The notes under the pieces were generated by a model, which had not been told where the DNA came from, ran no database searches, and saw nothing but the letters and a program-made list of their open reading frames with translations. Positions 16,198 through 20,000 of a stretch of DNA of 20,000 nucleotides are shown here, in pieces. The stretch is from an uncultured virus (IMG/VR IMGVR_UViG_3300018050_000923). Lineage: Duplodnaviria > Heunggongvirae > Uroviricota > Caudoviricetes. The stretch lies in IMG/VR virus record IMGVR_UViG_3300018050_000923. One strand, 5' to 3'. The translations under genes were made by a program, and so were the position numbers. Within the stretch, counting starts at the first letter, position 1. Every line of letters starts with the position of its first letter.

Positions 16198-17965
16198 TGA
16201 TTTTCTTGAGGCTCTTGCCGATAACCATTTTGAAGAAAATCCAGTAGATGCTAAAACATTTGTTGAGTCCCCAGACTATTTAGGGCAACCTGCTTTATCA
16301 GATATTCAATACGACATTGTTGAAGCAATGAGCCAGATCTACAGAAAAGAAGACCTTCAAATAATAATGGGAGAGGAAGAAGGTGCAAAATACTATGAAA
16401 AATACACAAAAAATGAAATCATTTTACAACTTGGCAAGGGTAGCGGTAAAGACTTCACCTCTACTGTGGCTTGTGCTTATATTGTATACAAACTACTTTG
16501 TCTTAAGGACCCTGCGAAATACTTCGGAAAGCCATCTGGAGACGCTATAGACTTAATCAACGTGGCTATCAATGCTCAACAGGCAAAGAATGTTTTCTTC
16601 AAAGGCTTTAAGTCAAAGATTGAAAGATCGCCATGGTTTGCTGGTAAATATGAGGCAAAGGTTGATTCTATAAGTTTTGATAAATCTGTTACTGTTTATT
16701 CTGGTCACTCTGAGCGTGAATCTCATGAGGGTTTAAACCTTTTACTTGCAGTGCTCGACGAGATTTCAGGTTTTGCATCTGAAGTGGCAACAGGTAATGA
16801 ACAGGGAAAAACTGCTGATAATATCTATAAGGCATTCCGTGGATCAGTAGATTCTCGCTTCCCAGACTTAGGCAAGGTAGTTCTTCTTTCATTCCCAAGA
16901 TACAACGGAGATTTTATTTCTGAGCGGTATGAAGCAGTAATCGCTGATAAAGAAGTAGTAACTAAGACACATAGATTTATTATCAATCCATTACTTCCAG
17001 AAGATGACAAGGATAATTGGTTTGATATTGCTTGGGATGAAGACCACATTAAATCTTATAAGTATCCTGGAGTTTTTGCTATTAAAAGACCTACATGGGA
17101 AGTAAACCCAACAAGAAAGGTTGATGATTTTAAGATTGCATTTATGACAGACCTTGGAGATGCAATGATGCGTTTTGCTTGTGTTCCTACATATGCATCA
17201 GATGCTTTTTTTAAACAAGCAGACAAAGTAAGAAACTGTATGAGTATTAGAAATCCTCTTGATACTTTTAGAAGATTTGAAGAAAACTTCAAGCCAGATC
17301 CAGAAAAAGTTTATTATGTTCATGCTGACCTTGCACAAAAACATGACAAATGTGCTGTTGCAATTGCACACGTTGAGAAGTGGGTCAATGTGCAGGTGAT
17401 TAAAGACTATGAGCAGATATCTCCTGTAGTAGTTGTAGATGCAGTAGCATGGTGGGAACCAAAGGTTGAAGGACCAGTAAATCTATCTGAGGTAAAACAG
17501 TGGATCCAAAACCTACGCAGACTTGGATTTAATATTGGATTAGTTACATTTGACCGTTGGCAATCGTTTGATATTCAAAATGAATTACAGGCTGTAGGTA
17601 TGAGAACGGAAACAGTTTCAGTAGCAAAGAAACACTATGAGGATATGGCAATGCTTGTATATGAAGAGCGCTTGGCTATGCCTGCTATAGAACTTTTGTT
17701 TGAAGAATTAACAGAACTTAAGATTATGAAAAATGATAAGGTAGACCACCCACGTAAAAAATCTAAAGACTTGGCAGATGCTGTGTGTGGTTCTATTTTT
17801 GGTGCTATTTCCCACACACCCAGAGACCAAAACCTTGAAGTTGAGATTCACACATTTAAGGATAAACCCCGTAGAGTTGACACGCTCCCTGAGAACGTGA
17901 TACAATATAAACCTAGTCAAATAGAAGAAATAAATGACTATTTGGATAGACTAAAAACAATATAA
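16181..17965 (+). CDS. terL: terminase large subunit
   Basis: Walker A GKGSGKD, NVA...QA, Walker B AVLDEISGF, nuclease HADLAQKHD, TFD.WQS, DHP...SKDLADA; start TTG 16181 or ATG 16187. Confidence 0.92.
   Translation: MSMKFDDFLEALADNHFEENPVDAKTFVESPDYLGQPALSDIQYDIVEAMSQIYRKEDLQIIMGEEEGAKYYEKYTKNEIILQLGKGSGKDFTSTVACAYIVYKLLCLKDPAKYFGKPSGDAIDLINVAINAQQAKNVFFKGFKSKIERSPWFAGKYEAKVDSISFDKSVTVYSGHSERESHEGLNLLLAVLDEISGFASEVATGNEQGKTADNIYKAFRGSVDSRFPDLGKVVLLSFPRYNGDFISERYEAVIADKEVVTKTHRFIINPLLPEDDKDNWFDIAWDEDHIKSYKYPGVFAIKRPTWEVNPTRKVDDFKIAFMTDLGDAMMRFACVPTYASDAFFKQADKVRNCMSIRNPLDTFRRFEENFKPDPEKVYYVHADLAQKHDKCAVAIAHVEKWVNVQVIKDYEQISPVVVVDAVAWWEPKVEGPVNLSEVKQWIQNLRRLGFNIGLVTFDRWQSFDIQNELQAVGMRTETVSVAKKHYEDMAMLVYEERLAMPAIELLFEELTELKIMKNDKVDHPRKKSKDLADAVCGSIFGAISHTPRDQNLEVEIHTFKDKPRRVDTLPENVIQYKPSQIEEINDYLDRLKTI
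17877..17906 (+). promoter_or_regulatory. intragenic sigma70-type promoter for the surface-protein gene
   Basis: TTGACA(17877-17882)-18 nt-TACAAT(17901-17906) with TG at 17898-17899, inside the terL 3' tail. Confidence 0.65.
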
Positions 17966-17990
17966 ATAAAATGAATATACAAGGAGAAAA

Positions 17991-19139
17991 ATGAATTCAT
18001 TAAAGAAAATCGCTCTAGCCGTGGTTGCAGCCATGACTACCGCAACAATCGTGGCTTCGCCTGCAAGCGCAGCCGTAATGACAGTCGCTGTATCACTTGA
18101 CGGAACTGCTAATACAACAGCATCCGCAATTGCTACACCTGCTGCATTGCCAGTACCAGCAGACAACACAGTTGACGCTGCTGACGCACTCAAGTTTGTT
18201 GCAACAGTTGACACAGGAACATCGGTAACTGTATCAACAACAAATGCAACAATTGTTTCTGCATTGCATACATCTGCTGCACCAGTATCTGCGTCATCAG
18301 GATCTTCATCTTTGACAATTGCAACTGGAACAGGAACAACTGCAACATTTTGGGTTTATACAAAGACAACAGCAATTGGTACTGTAACAATTACCAATCA
18401 GGGAACAACCCTAACATATTATGTACAAGGAACTGCAGGAAAGATTAATACTCTTGCACTTTCATCTGCTGATGCTGGAACAACCTCAAGCGTTGTAACT
18501 GCAACAGTAACAGCAACAGACGTATTTGGTAACAAGGTATCAGGTAAGGGTCTAACAGCACTTGTTGTTGGTGGAACTCTTGATACAACTACTGCTACAA
18601 CTGGCGCTACTTTGACTAACTTTGGTCAAGCAGACTTCAAGGTAACACTGCCAACAACTGGTTCTTCAACCCTTGTTGTATCTGTTACAAACTCATCTGA
18701 TGTTGCATCTGTTGTAACAGGTTTCAACACAGTAACTTCAAGCGTAGTCAAGACAATCACAGTTCGTGATCTTCTTGGAGAACTTGCTGCTGAAAAGGCT
18801 GCTAAGGATGCTGCTATTGCTGCTAAGGCTGCAGTAGATGCTGCTCTTGCTAAGGCTGTAGCAGACGCTGCTACTGCTGCTGCTAAGGCTACTGCTGATG
18901 CTGTTGCTGCTAAGGCTGCTGCAGATGCTGACAAGGCTGCTGCTGTAAAGGCAGAAGTTGACAAGGCTGCTGCTGCTGCTAAGGTTGCATCAGATGCACT
19001 TGCTGCTAAGGATGCACAGATTGCTAAGTTGACAGCAGACAATGCTGCAGCAATTAAGTCACTTAAGGATGCTTTCAATAAGTTGGCTCGTCAATGGAAT
19101 GCAAAGAATCCAAAGGCAAAAGTAACACTAGTTAAGTAA
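17991..19139 (+). CDS. secreted Ala/Thr/Val-rich surface protein (Ig-like/S-layer-like with Ala-Lys coiled-coil tail)
   Basis: SD AAGGAG 17981-17986; Sec signal MNSLKKIALAVVAAMTTATIVASPASA; Big-like TVTATDVFGNKVSG motif; AAKA-rich C-terminus ending in basic tail. Confidence 0.8.
   Translation: MNSLKKIALAVVAAMTTATIVASPASAAVMTVAVSLDGTANTTASAIATPAALPVPADNTVDAADALKFVATVDTGTSVTVSTTNATIVSALHTSAAPVSASSGSSSLTIATGTGTTATFWVYTKTTAIGTVTITNQGTTLTYYVQGTAGKINTLALSSADAGTTSSVVTATVTATDVFGNKVSGKGLTALVVGGTLDTTTATTGATLTNFGQADFKVTLPTTGSSTLVVSVTNSSDVASVVTGFNTVTSSVVKTITVRDLLGELAAEKAAKDAAIAAKAAVDAALAKAVADAATAAAKATADAVAAKAAADADKAAAVKAEVDKAAAAAKVASDALAAKDAQIAKLTADNAAAIKSLKDAFNKLARQWNAKNPKAKVTLVK
18786..19030 (+). repeat. 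imperfect coding low-complexity repeats (GCTGCTAAGGCT-like, Ala-Ala-Lys-Ala)
   Basis: Many GCTAAGG(C/A)TGC / GACAAGGCTGCTGCT units within the coiled-coil region. Confidence 0.7.
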
Positions 19140-19157
19140 TTAATACTTAAAAAGATT

Positions 19158-19188
19158 GGGAGTCAGGAAACTGGCTCCCTTTTCTTTT
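19158..19188 (+). terminator. Rho-independent terminator
   Basis: GGGAGTCAG-GAAA-CTGGCTCCC stem with GNRA loop, followed by TTTTCTTTT. Confidence 0.9.
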
Positions 19189-19197
19189 ATAATAAAA

Positions 19198-19206
19198 TGA
19201 TATAAT
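19198..19206 (+). promoter_or_regulatory. extended -10 promoter TGATATAAT
   Basis: TGnTATAAT just after terminator; SD AAGGAG at 19227-19232 downstream. Confidence 0.65.
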
Positions 19207-19240
19207 CATCTTATTAAATGTTGTTCAAGGAGAAAGTAAT

Positions 19241-20000
19241 ATTAAAAGGCTAACACGAATAGCACTAACAACTTTTTTAGCATTTGGATGGCTTATAGCA
19301 GCCCCTACAGAGGCTAATTCTGATGATCCATTAACAATCGCTGCTCAAGAAATACAAGACCTTAGAGACAGTGTAGAAGATCTCAATTATAAAGATGAGT
19401 TTAATAGTTTAATAAATATAGCAGAAGAAAAATATGATGAGGCAGTGCAAGCAAAGGAAGATAGAGATGATGCATATGACTCATATGATTCTGCGGTAGC
19501 AGCAGAAGTCACGGCACTTGAAGAAAAAACATTAGCCCAATCAGCAGTAGATGGACAAACAGTAACAGTGGCCACAGCATTGCAGGATAAAAATGATGCT
19601 CAAGACGCTTTAGACATAGCCAATTTAAATGTTCAAACAACACAGGCAGCAGTTTCAAATGCTGGTAATTCAGGATTACAATATACAGTATATTATCTTA
19701 CAAGAGGGTTTGGCGGAGTAGCAATTCCAAGCGGTGTTATATGTACTGGAGTCTGGAATTCAAATTCAATGCAGCCACCAGTATGCGGCAGATACGAAGA
19801 TTTTATAGTTAAATTTACTGGAACTATTACTGTCCCATCACATTGGACATCAACAAAATTTGCAGGTTACACAGATGATGGATTTAGGATGTATATTAAT
19901 GGACAACTTGCAGTTAATAACTGGGTAGAGCAAGGAAGTACATGGAGTCCATATTCTCCAGTTTATGATGTAAGTCAAGATAAAACTTTAGATGTAGAAA
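19241..20000 (+). CDS. secreted coiled-coil + PA14-domain protein, 3'-truncated; probable ATT start
   Basis: Open frame IKRLTRIALTTFLAFGWLIAAPTEANSDD... to window end; helical Ala/Gln/Asp stalk, then FIVKFTGTITVP...F...TDDGFRMYINGQL..NNW.EQG PA14 signature. Confidence 0.8.
   Translation, partial: MKRLTRIALTTFLAFGWLIAAPTEANSDDPLTIAAQEIQDLRDSVEDLNYKDEFNSLINIAEEKYDEAVQAKEDRDDAYDSYDSAVAAEVTALEEKTLAQSAVDGQTVTVATALQDKNDAQDALDIANLNVQTTQAAVSNAGNSGLQYTVYYLTRGFGGVAIPSGVICTGVWNSNSMQPPVCGRYEDFIVKFTGTITVPSHWTSTKFAGYTDDGFRMYINGQLAVNNWVEQGSTWSPYSPVYDVSQDKTLDVE

Noticed and set aside
18786..19030. Repeats as CRISPR array or DGR template/variable repeat
   Set aside because: In-frame low-complexity Ala/Lys coding repeats without spacers; no reverse transcriptase in the window
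18626..19078. 150-aa minus-strand Ala-rich ORF (and 17951-18214)
   Set aside because: Antisense shadow of GCT/GCA-rich codons in the + strand gene; no independent signals
1..20000. Alternative genetic code, tRNA or structured ncRNA genes
   Set aside because: All three stop codons terminate genes normally, coding density is near complete, and no cloverleaf or long intergenic region was seen

Overview
AT-rich, gene-dense, single-stranded-layout (+ strand) segment of a large tailed dsDNA phage genome. Gene order: end of a virion/tail module, then Zn-finger and MerR-like HTH genes, DnaB helicase, DnaG-type primase, an inserted small membrane protein plus flavin-dependent (Trp-halogenase-like) gene, SSB, an inserted unknown gene, DnaE (Pol III alpha), RecA/UvsX, PD-(D/E)xK resolvase-like, Cas4-like exonuclease, RuvC-like, HTH, DUF1599/Nmad-like, small and large terminase, then two secreted surface-type proteins (Ig/S-layer-like with an Ala/Lys coiled coil, and a PA14-domain protein truncated by the window). 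From recall of gene order, the core resembles large actinophages (Streptomyces BE/BK-like) and uncultured freshwater actinobacterial phages; host assignment is inference. Highlights: a variant-motif halogenase cassette inside the replisome operon, a two-gene secreted surface-protein locus after terL whose PA14 gene appears to need a non-canonical ATT start, and a set of near-consensus sigma70 promoters hidden inside coding sequence. No tRNA, CRISPR array, integrase, intron or intein was seen.
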